This document shows, one piece after another, positions 13,011 through 26,962 of a DNA stretch of 64,000 nt. The DNA lies in assembly GCF_009914755.1 (NCBI RefSeq), contig NC_060936.1, one strand, 5' to 3'. The position numbers and the translations under genes are program-made. The stretch comes from the human T2T-CHM13v2.0 reference genome, Homo sapiens. The number at the start of each line of letters is the position of its first letter. The stretch's first letter is position 1. The notes beneath the pieces are model-generated. The model did no database searches, had not been told where the DNA came from, and worked only from the letters and a program-made list of their open reading frames with translations.

Positions 13011-13157
13011 CCTTCTGCTGCCTACCCAAGAAGAATGTATCATAACCTCAAACTATGACGGCTATTTAGGAACAAGAGATAAGCAACTGGGAAATGAGAA
13101 ATCATGTAACAGGACACATGGTCTAATAACTAAGGGAATTAATGGCAAATAGGTATT

Positions 13158-13627
13158 GCAGTGCCTACTAGCTGATCGACAAACTATTTTATTTCCTCCT
13201 CAGCATACAGACTGCATTTCCCAGCACCCTTCATAGTCAGGTGTGATCAAGTGACTGAGTTTTGGCCAGTGGAATGTAGGCAGACAAATCTTGCAGTACA
13301 ATTCTCCCTCTTTCTTTCCTCTATTCCCTGGATGAATGGGGAGTCTCCAGAAATTTAGATGAGGGAGGAATCTCAATTTCCAGGAGTGAAGGAGCCCATA
13401 AAGCCAGATAGTATAAACATCACCTTTAATGCTTCTTGGAAACACATTTAATATTTCTCTATCCCACTCCTCAAGGAAGCCTGGGTTCCCGTTGACCACA
13501 TGGAAGGCTATTCAACCACAAACAGGCTCAAAGGACCATGGCAATAAGAAGTAAACTTGTACTGTTTTAGGTCACAGAGATTTTATGTTTATCTTTTATA
13601 GCAACTACTACTACATTAACTAATATA
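13158..13627 (+). mobile_element. MLT1 (I/J-like) LTR carrying a foreign 91-bp insert
   Basis: ACTGCATTTCCCAGC, TGACTGAGTTTTGGCCAGTGGAATG, GAAGGAGCC|TGGGTTCCC and ACTAATATA end. Confidence 0.75.
13391..13481 (+). repeat. 91-bp direct repeat, copy 1
   Basis: 88/91 identical to 14420-14510 by manual alignment. Confidence 0.97.
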
Positions 13628-13780
13628 GAAGTTGAACGCCATCGAATAAAAAACTTAAAATATGTTATTGATTTACTGTTGGGTTGTAGGTAGAAGAGAA
13701 ATTAATAACTTGAGCTGGAAAGCTGGAGACATGGGATCCGTATCCACAACACTTTTGGTAAAAGTATCCCTGCAATAACA
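13628..13780 (+). mobile_element. MLT1 internal-region 5' fragment
   Basis: GAAGTTG directly after the LTR; CTTAAAATATGT, GCTGGAAAG...GGAGAC and TTGGTAAAA...CCTGCAATAAC resemble MLT1-int. Confidence 0.55.
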
Positions 13781-13799
13781 GCTCCCATGCCTACAGGCT

Positions 13800-13932
13800 T
13801 TTACTCCAAATAACATGGGCTGCCACTGGAGATTTTAAGAAGCAGAGTGACATGATTGGACCTTATTAGAAGGATCATTCTGGCTGCTGTGTTCTATCAA
13901 GAGCAGAAGCAGCACAACCATTGGTGAGGCTA
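13800..13932 (-). mobile_element. L2 fragment
   Basis: GCCACTGGAGATTTTAAG...AGTGACATGAT...GATCATTCTGGCTGCTGTG. Confidence 0.65.
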
Positions 13933-14419
13933 CCACCACTGACCACAAAGAGAAAATTCTTCGTTTGAAAATTCTCCTGTTATAGCCAAATGATGCTTGG
14001 TTCCCCTAAAGAATATGTCTGAGCCCCCAGGCCAGGCAAAGGCATTACCATCGGTTCTGAGAATATTATTCTTTCCAATCAGTGACTGATTCCAAAAACA
14101 AATTGAATATGGAGAAATGACCTGTATCATAATATTCAAATTTTTCTCTCTTTGTTAGAACTTTCTTGCATATGGTCTAAGCATTATGTTTACAACAAAA
14201 AGAAATTCCACAGATGTCCAATTTACGTAAAGGATTCTTAAATACCTAGTTTTATTGCCTACAGAGTTGTGACTTCTCTCAATTTTGGATGCATGAAAAT
14301 ATAAATGGTCCTTAGGAATCTGCCAACAGCAACAGGGGCTGAGTTATTTACACTTAGCCACCCTGAGATAGACATACACAGTTCACTTCTACCATTGAAA
14401 CTCTCTGGCTTATCAGCAT

Positions 14420-14510
14420 GGAGCCCATAAAGCCCGATAGTATAAACATCACCTTTAATGCTTCTTGGAAACACATTTAACACTTCTCTATCCCACTCCT
14501 CAAGGAAGCC
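14420..14510 (+). repeat. 91-bp direct repeat, copy 2 (probable donor)
   Basis: 88/91 identical to 13391-13481; lies in unique sequence. Confidence 0.97.
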
Positions 14511-15849
14511 CAGAAAAGATGTTCCTGTGTGGATACACTACACCTGTTTGTCAATTACAAATGGCTGGATCAAGTTTATTTTATCTCTGCCTATGATTAT
14601 TATCACATACCAGTAAAATTCTAAGAGACTCACAGGGCCAACAATAGGATATCTGGAAGACTATGAACAAGTAAGAACTTGAGCAAACAGTGTTTCTCCT
14701 TCCCTCGTACCCAAATTCCGATTTAGTTAGCAGTTATGGAGAAACCATGAGACTTCGAGTACCTGCCTTATCCCAAAGGGTAGGCATGTTTGTCCATAAT
14801 TTGTTCCAATCCATGTCATCACTGACATGTTCATTTTAGAAGCTCAAGCTTTTGTGGTAGGGATTGTTTTAAAAACTAGGTGGATGACCAGGGAGCCATG
14901 GATTTCCTCAGAGGGGAGAGAAAGGACTCTTATCCAAGTCAGTATTCAGATAACACACACTTGTCAAAGATGAAGTGATCCCTTGAAGGTGCTGAGAAGG
15001 AAAAGCTAAAATGGGACACCCACTGTTTTCCTGTTTGTTGGGCATCATTCAAAGGTAGAGTTAGCCATTATTGAAATAACTTACACTGTGGAGAAAATAT
15101 CAAAATAAGCCTATTACACTAGGACCCAACCATTACAGCCAAGGAAATAATACAATAAATCCTTTGAAGTGAAGAAATATAGCAAGAGGCACTTGAAAAC
15201 TGAGAGATGTTTTGTCACTAAATTGCAGCATTAATAGTGCTTTGATGCTCCTTGCTAAATTGTATATTTCTGACACTCAAAATGAATATTAAGAAAATCA
15301 CACTTATTTTATAAAACTCATTAGTAGAAAGGAAGAAAATAAGATGATATTTTAAAACCATAAATCTCCTTTATAACTAACTGTGAATCTGATGCTATTG
15401 GGAGAGGGAAGCAAATTGAATGGGAAAGAATGATGCTAACCTGCGTTTATAATCTTGGGTGTAAATGAACTATTATCTCATCAGTAGAGGAGAAGGCCTA
15501 TTTAGAAGACTAACTATGATGCTGAAGGCTGGCAACGTTTCTTCCCTGATAATGATAGGAAACTAGACGTCACTGAAGAAATTATATCTTTTTTCATTAT
15601 CAGCAGGACCCTGGTGTCATTTTACATACCTGCGGTCTTTTTTTTTTAACCAATTTTTCTTCACTATAGATACACACATTTATCTCAACTAATGAAACAC
15701 CACTTGAATTTACTCTATTTAATAATAACAATAAATTCAAATAATCCAAAGGAAACTGGATGTTCACAGGCTCTCAGCTTCATAGACGAGGCCTAGCTGA
15801 TCACTTAGACCATTTTCAGGCTCTCCTTAATGTCTGCCTGGCATTCTAG

Positions 15850-15960
15850 ATGTCTGTTTACCCAATCTCATTTTAATATGTCAAAGGAAGTGGAAGTCAT
15901 GACTCAGCTCTAATGTGGCAGCATCTGAGTATTAAACAAAAATGCAAATCTAGCAGGACG
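15850..15960. promoter_or_regulatory. Candidate enhancer motif cluster
   Basis: TGTTTAC (FOX), GGAAGTGGAAGT (two ETS), ATGACTCAGC (AP-1/ARE), TAAACA and ATGCAAAT (octamer) within ~100 bp of non-repeat DNA. Confidence 0.4.
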
Positions 15961-16354
15961 TTCCGTAATGAGATGTAGCAAGCTTATTTTTCTTCATGTC
16001 ATTACTAATTCAGTCTCGTTCATTTGGGGGAGCATTTGTGTGGCACACGGTCATGCTTAAACTTTATTTTATTACTGCTAAGCTACTCTGACATCATCAG
16101 TCAACGTGAAGGCCTGATTCTGAAATGTGTTGGCTTAGACATGTGTAAACACTTGGGAAGATATTTTTTCCCACACAGCCACTGTACTAAAAGGGGGCAA
16201 AGGTTTGTGCATAAAAGCAGCACATGAATTTCAGAGTTCCCAGAGTATTCAGGCATATGCAATGATGCTTTCTCATCTGTCTTAATTGTTCATTCTAAAT
16301 TCCACATAATTCTGTCATCAGTTAACATAAGGAAGTTGTCCCAAAGGGTATGTG

Positions 16355-16790
16355 GTTCTCTTTGTTTGAGTTCTCCAGAGCCTAACACAAGCCTTGGGTG
16401 AAGGTAGTATTTGGGAGGTGATCTCAGAAACACCAAGAGCAATTGGGGAGAGCGAGAGGGAAGGAAGGAAGACCAGTACAGGGTGGATTAGTAAGGGGCT
16501 ACACAGGGGGCAGCTGTGGCTCTGTCCCGCTGGGGGCCCCTCTGAGAGGCTGAGTAGACAACACCTCAGAATTGTTGAAGTATGAAGAAATGAGGTGTTA
16601 GTCTTTCCCCTTCCAACTTTAGTAGCAGTAAGTTACTCTTGGGGGCCTTAACTCGTCAGCACTCAGTAGCCAGAGAACACCTGAGGGCAGAGCAAGGCAA
16701 AAGCCATCAGTAAGTAAAGGAATTTCTATGCTGATGACATCCAAGAAGGCCAAAGGAATATGGCAGAGACGGTGAGCAAGTGCTATGGTG
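16355..16790 (-). mobile_element. LTR16-family ERVL LTR
   Basis: TATTTGGGAGGTGATCTCAG, GGGAAGGAAGGAAG and CACCTCAGAATTGT motifs. Confidence 0.7.
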
Positions 16791-18705
16791 CTGGGATTTG
16801 GTAGGAGGATGCCAGATGTGGGTTTGAAATCTGGCTACCCCCTCACCCACTGCATGACTTACACAAGTTACCACAGCAGGTCGTGCAACAGAGAAACAAT
16901 TCCATCGCTCTCTCTTTCTCTTTCTGTCTCCATCTTAACTCACCAGAATCCCTTGTTACATCCAAAACAAAAATGTCGTATGATGAAGTCTGTGGGCCGC
17001 GATGTTGACATTATCTAAGGGAGAAGCTGACTTTGATTTCTATTATCGTTAAAGGTAAAACTCTCTTCTCTACTCCTCCAGCAAAGCTGCAATCCTCTTA
17101 GGCCAATGGTAACAACAGCTCTAATTGCACCAGTCACTATTGTCCCAGCTTCCAGACCATTGTCTCTATAAGGTGAAAAAGAACAGTAGCTATCATCAGG
17201 TAGTCCTGTCTGTTAAATAAAAGGAACACTGCTTCTAAGTTCTAGTGAGTGTTTGCTGATTTTTTGATAATGCCTAGCTTTTCATATTTTGCTCTTACTT
17301 TGTTTCTTCTGTTTAAAAAAAAAAAAAAAGTCAACGGTCTATGTTCCCAAGGCTACTCTTTAGCCAAACGGTGTCTCCCTGTATACGGGTTCTGCTACCA
17401 TTTGCAGAGTGTCAAGAAAGCCCTCATTTCCATAGGCCATCAGAAAATATGACCCTTACTTCTATTTGTATACATAGGTAAATATTTCTAAATTGTTCCT
17501 TCCAACTCTGTACTTGCAAATTAATATTTCAGAGAAGAATTATAAATGAAAGCAATGTGCTGTCTTCTTCCCTTGCATGAGCTGTACTCCTGACATTTCA
17601 GAGGAATGGTAGGATTGCAGGAAGAAGAGAAAATAGGGCAGACAATGGAAAATCATGTCATCCATGAATTTATCATTTCACACATTTGCATTGGTGACAG
17701 CCATCTTTCTATCACATTGGGTACCTGCCTAGTATACTTACTTATACTTATTACTTTATGTAGGAAGACCAAGGTGAAAGAATTGTTTGTATGGCCCTCA
17801 ACTTTACAAAGAGAAATGAATGGTTAATGAGAATCTACCCACTTGGTGAATTTTCATATTCCATTCTGATGTGGCCGCATGTCTGAATGGCAGACTGAAT
17901 TATAAATAGTTGATGCTCTGGTCTGATGCTGCAATATCTAATGAATTGTTGCCTCTATAAACTTTTTATGTGTTGCACTGCAGAAGTGAACCAATTAAAA
18001 AGTTTTGCCAATTTGGGCCCTCTGCATAAAGTATCTTCTGCAAGAAGATAAATGTCTTTGATGCCTTTAAATGTTTGGTGAGCTAAAACTTTATTCAAAT
18101 TGGCTGTGTAATATCTTTAAATATACTTTCCTGTGATGTTTTGCTCTTGCATTTGTACTAAATGAATATTTGGACATCATTAAACAGGAACAACTTACTG
18201 AACTTTTTTGCCCCCCTTTTGTAAAATAAAATTCCAAGACAGACTTTTTAATTTGTTTTGAGTCCCCCTTTTATTAAATTTGTTTGTATCTCTAACTATT
18301 TCATTCTGACCTCCCTGGCATCATTGTGAAGAAACGCTTTCAGAAAAAGCTGATAGTTATGTTTCATGGAAGCCAAAGTTCTTCTTGCAAATTAAAATTA
18401 CATTCCACTTTGCTGAACACTAAGAAAATCGGCTTTGGAAAATTACCTCGGCTCTAAAGATTGGACTGCCACTTACCAGTCAAACTCTGTTCCTCTAATG
18501 CACATCTATGAGCAAATATGCTTGGCTCTGACTCACACTGGACTAAACAAAATCTCATTAATAGACTTGGCCTAAAGAAGCACTTGAAAAGACAGCTAGT
18601 CATGTTCTACATGATGGAAAATGTCACACAAAATCAGAATGGAGGTGAATTTTTGGACAAGTATGTCTATCACAGGACTGTATCATCTTCCAAAAAAGAG
18701 GTTAA

Positions 18706-19069
<364 letters not shown>

Positions 19070-19159
19070 TTAACAAGCCATTTTTAAGATGAGGACAAGT
19101 ATTAAAAAGAAAGTGGGGAAGGTGGCACCATGCATGCAACAGAGAGAAAAGTACTGTAA

Positions 19160-19740
19160 CAATGGCCCAGGCACTAGAGTGGACACTGAAGTTACAGATG
19201 TGAATGGGAAACTAACTCTGCCCTCCAGGGGGGCTTGCAGTTTAGAGGAGACAGATCAATAAACGACCCAAAACAAAAGAGCTACTATAAAACCATGGAA
19301 GCATTGTTTGCATTGGGACTTAAACAAATGAAGAATCTGTAAAGTCAGCTTAGGGGAGTCAAAATCTTACAGAAGAGTAAAGTTTGAGATGAAGCTTCAA
19401 GAATAAGTGATTCACGAAGACAAATGCAGGAAGGGCATGGTAGGCTTAGGGAGCAGCGTGTGTGTATATTTAGTGTTGCAAAAGCAGAGGTTTGGGAGGC
19501 TAAAGGGAAGACGTGAAGCTAGGCAGGTGACATGAGGCTGCCTCAAGAAGGACCTTGAATGCCTTGAAAAAAACTTGAATTTGGCTCTGCAGCTAATCTA
19601 AAGCCAGTTAAGATTGTTGTGTAGCGAAACAGCATAATTATACCTAGTTATTAGAAAAATCTCTCTGTTCACAGTGTGGAGCAAAGATGTGATAGTCGCA
19701 AAAATACAGTCAGGCAGACCCCTGGGAAGGACAGGGTCCC
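19160..19740 (-). mobile_element. L2 fragment
   Basis: CAGGCACT...CTGCCCTC...GCTTGCAGTTTAG; GGGAGCAGCGTGTG; AGGACCTTGAATGCC. Confidence 0.65.
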
Positions 19741-21164
19741 TACCACAAATATAACAGTCTGCTTCATGGGACCATGTCTGTTAGCATTCCCCAGTAGAGG
19801 GTGATGACAAGAAACAGCCTAGATAACTAAAAGCAAATGCTATGAGCAAGCCAATTGGTCTATATTCAGGCTTTCTAATGGTGCAGTTTAAATCACAGAT
19901 GAAATTGTAGAACTGGAACTCTCAGTCAATTATCACAAACATTATTTCTTAAGTCAAGCTTTTGGTAAATTTTAGACAGCTGTGAGTCAAAGGTTCTAAT
20001 CCCTGACACTTTCCTGGCACACATGGATTCCTTGTAGATGATTAAGAACATCCACGTGCTTTCACTTCCATGCCATGCTATCTCTGACAGATCTAACCTC
20101 CCCAGTCATGTTAGACTGTAACTCAGTAGTCCCCTCAACATGCTTCAGTTGTGAACTCTAGATTTCCTTCACTGTCAAATCCTGATCATCCAGGTGCTAT
20201 CTTGCCTTTATCCAACAACGACTTCTCAATAACTGTATCAGTCCAATTTGCTTTCCTTGAGCACCTTTGGCAGGAAAAAGCAAGAAAAATATAAAGAGAT
20301 AAAGCTTAAACTATACATGTCCCTATTTATCTGTGCTGAAAGCAGGTTAGGTAAGGGAAAGTTTAGAACTTCCATGAATGTCACCTTAACCAGGTCTTTA
20401 TTACTCAGATTATATTGTTGGTCCGTCTAGTAATATCATACCTAGGATGGTGGGTGGTTTATGAGCAGGAGCTTCAAAGAAATAGAAGCTCAGAGAGGTT
20501 AATTAGCACCTTGTAGGCAGCAGAGTTGGAATTCTAGCCCAGGTCTTCTTGAAGCTAACGTCTGGGATGTTTCTCTAGGACATTCCACCACCTGGGAAGT
20601 AATGCTCCTTCCTAATTCTGTTTTGGCTTTCATTCAGGAATATAAATAGATTTCATAAAAAAGAGAATATGAGCAAAGAGTGGGTTCAAACTTCCCAGGT
20701 GTGTCCCTACGCCCAAGTTCCCAAAGTTTAAGAACGTACTAAGCACTGTGGTGTTCATATTTTTTCATTGTCTTTCCCCCAGTCTTTTTCTGTTTTTCTA
20801 GGTAACAAGTCAATTTCTATACCACTTTCTTATTTCAAGAGTTGGGCTTTGTGTGTGTTATGCCAGTTAAATATTCCATCTTCTTATAACTAGATATAAA
20901 AACCAATAAATGGAGGTATGAATTTCCACAATTTCACATAAGAATGCATCTGCCTTTGGTTCCATCAATTTATATGTGGTTATTTCTTATCATAAATAGG
21001 CTTTCAACTGTCAGGATGATCCTTTTCTCACACATTTCCCAGACAAAAATTGTGTGCAAAGCTATCTGTACCCCCAAGAAGCAAGAAAAATATAGGTTTC
21101 CTGACAAGGAAGAAAACATGATAATTGATGACTGAGATAGGCTGCCCTTCTCTAGAGGTTTTTA

Positions 21165-21420
21165 ATTACCACCTTTCATTTACATAACACTTGAAGCTCC
21201 TCCAAGAGCTTTCAGGTACATTATCACACTTGTTCTTCAGCAAAACCCTGCAAGGAGAGAAAGCAAATATTACAATCATCACTTTCAAGAATAAGTCACT
21301 AAGATTGAGAGAGGTAAAGTGATCTGATGAAGTCACACAATTTGTTAGGGATGGAGCTAGGGCTAAGATTCCAGACACCTAACTTCTACCCCAATATTCT
21401 TTCTTCCACCCCTCCTTATA
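21165..21420 (-). mobile_element. MIR
   Basis: AACCCTGCAAGG...GAGAGGTAAAGTGATCTG...GTCACACA. Confidence 0.65.
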
Positions 21421-21604
21421 GAGCTAACTAGAAAGATCTGTGTATGGCTCCTCTTAGAGGTCTAAGGCTTATGAGTTGATGGCCAAATTGGTATGTTAAT
21501 TTCTTTTATGAGCATTTCTCTTCTTTCCATAAGACACATCAGAAAACTATGGTTTTACTAGAAAGAGACATGGAGTGGGGTTGTGGGCCTCTATTCAAGA
21601 AAAG

Positions 21605-21850
21605 CCTATTGGCCTTGAAGTCAGATAGTCTTGGAGTTAACTCAATCACTTGCTAGCCATGAGACTTTGAGCCTCATTTTCATTAGCTATAAATATGATA
21701 CTAGTACCTATCTCATGGAGTTATTGTGAGGACAAAACTGATGCATGTAGAGCACTTAGCACCATGCCTGGCACATACTAAGTGCACAATAAATGATTGC
21801 TGCTCTGCATAAGGTTGCTGTTGTCATCATCAGCATCGTTATTATTTTTA
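21605..21850 (+). mobile_element. MIR
   Basis: GAGCCTCATTTT...GTTATTGTGAGGA...GCACTTAGCACCATGCCTGGCACATA. Confidence 0.8.
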
Positions 21851-22799
21851 TTATAGATCATGCTGAGTGTAATTCTGAACTCTGTGGGTAATAAGCTCCA
21901 CACACTGCTAACGTGTCATTTGGGGGTCCTATTGGCCTGTACTTTCCTGGCCCTGGCTCAAATAATGAGGTTTGCAATTTCATTGACTGGGTGTGCTAAT
22001 TAGAAGCTTTTTAAAGATTTCTCTTGTCCATTGAGGCCACTAAATAATCTCCACATGGGTCAAGCTCTGTAATCACCCCCGTTGCCTCATTGATTGTATA
22101 AGTCAGCAGTTGGAGCCATGATGGAAGATCTATGGTGAACAGAACAAAAAGCATCCAAAGACCCAAAATTGAGCTTGTCTGTGGGCTGTTTCATTCTTTC
22201 ATTATACCCGAAACTCAACTTTCATCTACATGATGATTAAATAATAGTATATTTTCTTAACCAGCATCCTGCCCATTTTTAAATACATCTTTTATTAGAT
22301 GGTAGAGCTTATAAAATATTCATCAACACAAGCTACTGCAGTTTTTTTTTTCTGCTGACCTAAACTCAGAGCTGCTCAAGTGGAAATTAGATTTTTTTTT
22401 TCGTTAACTCGCTGAAACTGTCTGCATTTGCTAGATTTCCTAAGAAGCAGGAAAAAAGTAATTCCATAGGATTAATAAGGGCAACGTACATTCTTATTCC
22501 AAAAAGACATACAAAAAGGGGGCAGAAATGCTATTCAGTGAGGATAATTGATATTGTAGGATGACGTTCTGCCTAAGCTCATTGTGTTTTAAATGAGCGC
22601 ACAGGTTTTTTGAATCCCTATGGAGAATACCTTCTGTGTCTCTCGCATCTTACCTTGAATTAAGGAAGACTTTTAGGGACCTTGTGAAATATAAGATGCT
22701 TGTGCTGTTGATCGGCAAAAACAGACATCTGATTGCACTTTCAAAAAGAACAAGAGAGATTTTGTGATTTTGTAGATTTTGCTCCTAAGGTAAAGGTAG

Positions 22800-23261
<462 letters not shown>

Positions 23262-23507
23262 GTTTTGCTCATTCTTTTGTGGCCATTACAATGCCAGGAC
23301 CTCAACATAATCCCCATGTCTTAACCTCATCATCCTGGTTTTGAGATAAACTTTGCTGCAGATACATGGAGACCCTTTTGATAAGAATGCTTCTCAAAAC
23401 ACTAAAAATAAGCTAGAATGCTCAACTTCATCAAACAAGTTTCTGGCTCCTCCACATTAAAAAAGTGACCAGGCGCCCCTCACCCATGTCTAGTGCCTCA
23501 ACCATGA

Positions 23508-24163
<656 letters not shown>

Positions 24164-25224
24164 GATAAGGTTTAGTAAGAAAACCCACTCAGCATTTTCA
24201 TCTCTGAAAGGAAGGTAACTTGGAGTGACACAGAAGAGCTTGAAACCCTCCTTTATGTTAGCAAGCATTGCACCAACATTTTCTTGCAAAGAGATGTGTT
24301 TCCTGCCCACTCAAACACTAATTTTAAGATAATTGAGATTTACGCCCTTGATTATTAAGAAAATTGAACTCTGTAAAATGACAATGTAATACAGTACTAT
24401 CCTAATGGTTAAGTTTTCTGTTTGTAGTTTATGGTCCTCAGGGACACATACCACTAATTTGGCTGAAATTTTTCTATCTCTGAAGTAACCTTAGCAACAG
24501 GATAGTGCCAAAGAGTGGTATTTCTACTGACACACTTTTTCCATTTGATTAGAATGTTTATTTTAGGTTCACAATAAAATGGAAGTGGTGGTAATGGCCA
24601 TGACCTCTAGGGAAAGCTTGATTTTTTCATTTTAGTCTCCTGTCTTCATGTCACTTTCTCTGCCTCTCCCCTTTGGAACCTTCAGAAATGGAGAATTTGT
24701 GTCATTGACTTCTACTCAGTGAGCTACAAGCTTTTGGGAGAGCTTCAGACTTGCTACAATGGGTTGAAAATCCAAATACCTTGCTAGCATTAGCCCAGTT
24801 TTGTCACCATAAGCACCTAAAGTGACTGAGCCTGCAGTGACTATACCCTCCAGTTTCCTGAGTGGGGCTGAAGAGATAGCCCCACTTCTGAATAGAGCTC
24901 AGAACTGGGGGGCCTGTTCTTCTCTGTAAGACCTCTGAACTTGACCACATCCATCTGGTTCAGGTGATGTGTCTGAAGACCCAACCCAGGACCCAAGGCT
25001 GTGAAGCTCAGTGCTCAATTCTACCACCTTGTCCATCAGACATCTGCCCCAGAAAGAAGCATGTCCTGGCTGGAGATGGAAGTGGAACCATGAAAGGGGT
25101 GAGTTGGTGCCAGCTGCTTATTTTTTCCACAATATTCCATGAATGGGCTTCCCCTCACCCCACTTTTGTTTTTAAAGTTCTTGTCTTAATCATTCACTAT
25201 GGAGCTGGGTTAAAATTCTATTTA

Positions 25225-25395
25225 CTACAGTATCTGCTATACTTTTTTTTCTTTTTATATTTTAACATTTCTGAATTCTTGAAGTGCTTAAAAATGAACA
25301 TGTCCATTGATATAGTATTTCTTTCTTTCCTAAAAGGCTGCTATTAAATCAAGGAATGCCTTATAATCTACCATCTTAAAATGGCTGAAATCATA
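25225..25395. mobile_element. MER104-like TcMar-Tc2 MITE
   Basis: TTTTAACATTTCTGAA...TTTCTTTCTTTCCTAAAAGGCTGCTATTAAATC...CATCTTA resembles recalled consensus. Confidence 0.5.
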
Positions 25396-26164
25396 TCTTC
25401 TTCTGACTAACCTCAGAGCCATCTGGATCAACACCCAAAGCTCTGCTTATCTCCGAGGATGTTTATGCCTTCCACAATCCTATGAGAAATTCACTCAACC
25501 ACTCTATAAATTCAATCTGACAGTTGGACTCTATGCCCAATCCAGCTCCCTCCATCCTCCAAAATCTCAGCAAACACGGGCCATTTCAACACCCTATTAG
25601 GGTAGCTTACAGTCCTGAGCTCTTGTCATATCTTGTTTCCTCTGGCAGTGTTCCCCTACCCCCACCTGTTTGTTCTGTGGTTCCTGTGAGTCAGTAAATG
25701 CACTTCATCTCTGCTGAATATCCATTACCTGTCAGATGTTCTGCTGAGTATTTCTAGGCATGGAGAAAGAATAACTTCATTGAACTTTTTTAAACTTATT
25801 TTTGATGTTTTCTCTTGATTTTATTTTAAGTTGACATGACTGGGGTATTATAATCTCTACAGCATGTATAACCTCTTAAGAACACCTCTTAAGTCTTACC
25901 CTCTGTCTTTTGCCTGTTGCCAAATTTTCACGACATCTCCAGTTATAACCTCTGGGGGCACTCACCGTTAGCCACATCTCAACCACACAGCCTTTGCTGA
26001 CCTCCTGCTTGGCTTTCCCCTACTTCCTACTGATGGGTCACCACAGCCCCATCCTTGGCTTTGTGCTGTTGGATTTCCAGAACCCACACTGGCCATCTCA
26101 CTGTGGACAGCCTTGTTTATAAGGCTCACTCATTGTTTCATGAGTTAGCTGAGGTAGGGGGGCC

Positions 26165-26333
26165 TCAGTATAGGGGATCAAAAGCACAGATATAATTCAC
26201 AAGAATGGGGTCATATTTGGGTAGGCTATTATTTCTCTGAACTTTAGTTTCATCTATAAAATGAAGATAACAGTAGTAACTACCATTAGCATTATAGGAG
26301 GATAAGAATACATAACTAGTTGAACACATATTC
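26165..26333 (+). mobile_element. MIR (interrupted by L1)
   Basis: CTCTGAACTTTAGTTTCATCTATAAAATGAAGATAACAGTAGTA. Confidence 0.7.
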
Positions 26334-26962
26334 TTTTTATTATTATTATTACTATATTTTAAGTTCTAGGGTACATGTGCACAACGTGCAGGTTTGATAC
26401 ATAGGTATACATGTGCCATGTTGGTTTGCTGCACCCATCAACTCATCATTTAAGTATTTCTCCTAATGCTATCCCTCCCCCAGCCCCCCAGCCCCTGGCA
26501 GGCCCTGGTGTGTGGTGTTCCCTGCCCTGTGTCCAAGTGATCTCATTGTTCAATTCCCACCTATGAGTGAGAACATGTGGTGTTTGGTTTTCTGTCCTTC
26601 CGATAGTTTGCTGAGAATGATGGTTTCCAGCTTCATCCATGTCCCTGCAAAGGACATCAATTCATCCCTTTTTATGGCTGCATAGTATTCTATTGTGTAT
26701 ATGTGCCACAGTTTCTTAATCCAGTCTATCATTGATGGACATTTGGGTCGGTTCCAAGTTTTTGCTATTGTGAATAGTGCTGCAATAAACATACATGTGC
26801 ACGTGTCTTCATAGTAGCATGATTTATAATCCTTTCGGTATATACCCAGTAATGGGATTGCTGGGTCAAATGGTAATTCTAGTTCTAGATCCTTGAAGAA
26901 TAGCCACACTGTCTTCCACAATAGTTTAACTAATTTACACTCCCACCAACAGTGTAAAAAGC
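26334..26962 (-). mobile_element. 5'-truncated L1PA 3' end
   Basis: ORF2 C-terminus ([13 protein letters not shown]...HMFSLIGGN, ORF 26550-26978) plus 3' UTR; ~20-bp TSD AACTAGTTGAACACATATTC / AAATAGTTAAACACATTTTC. Confidence 0.95.
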
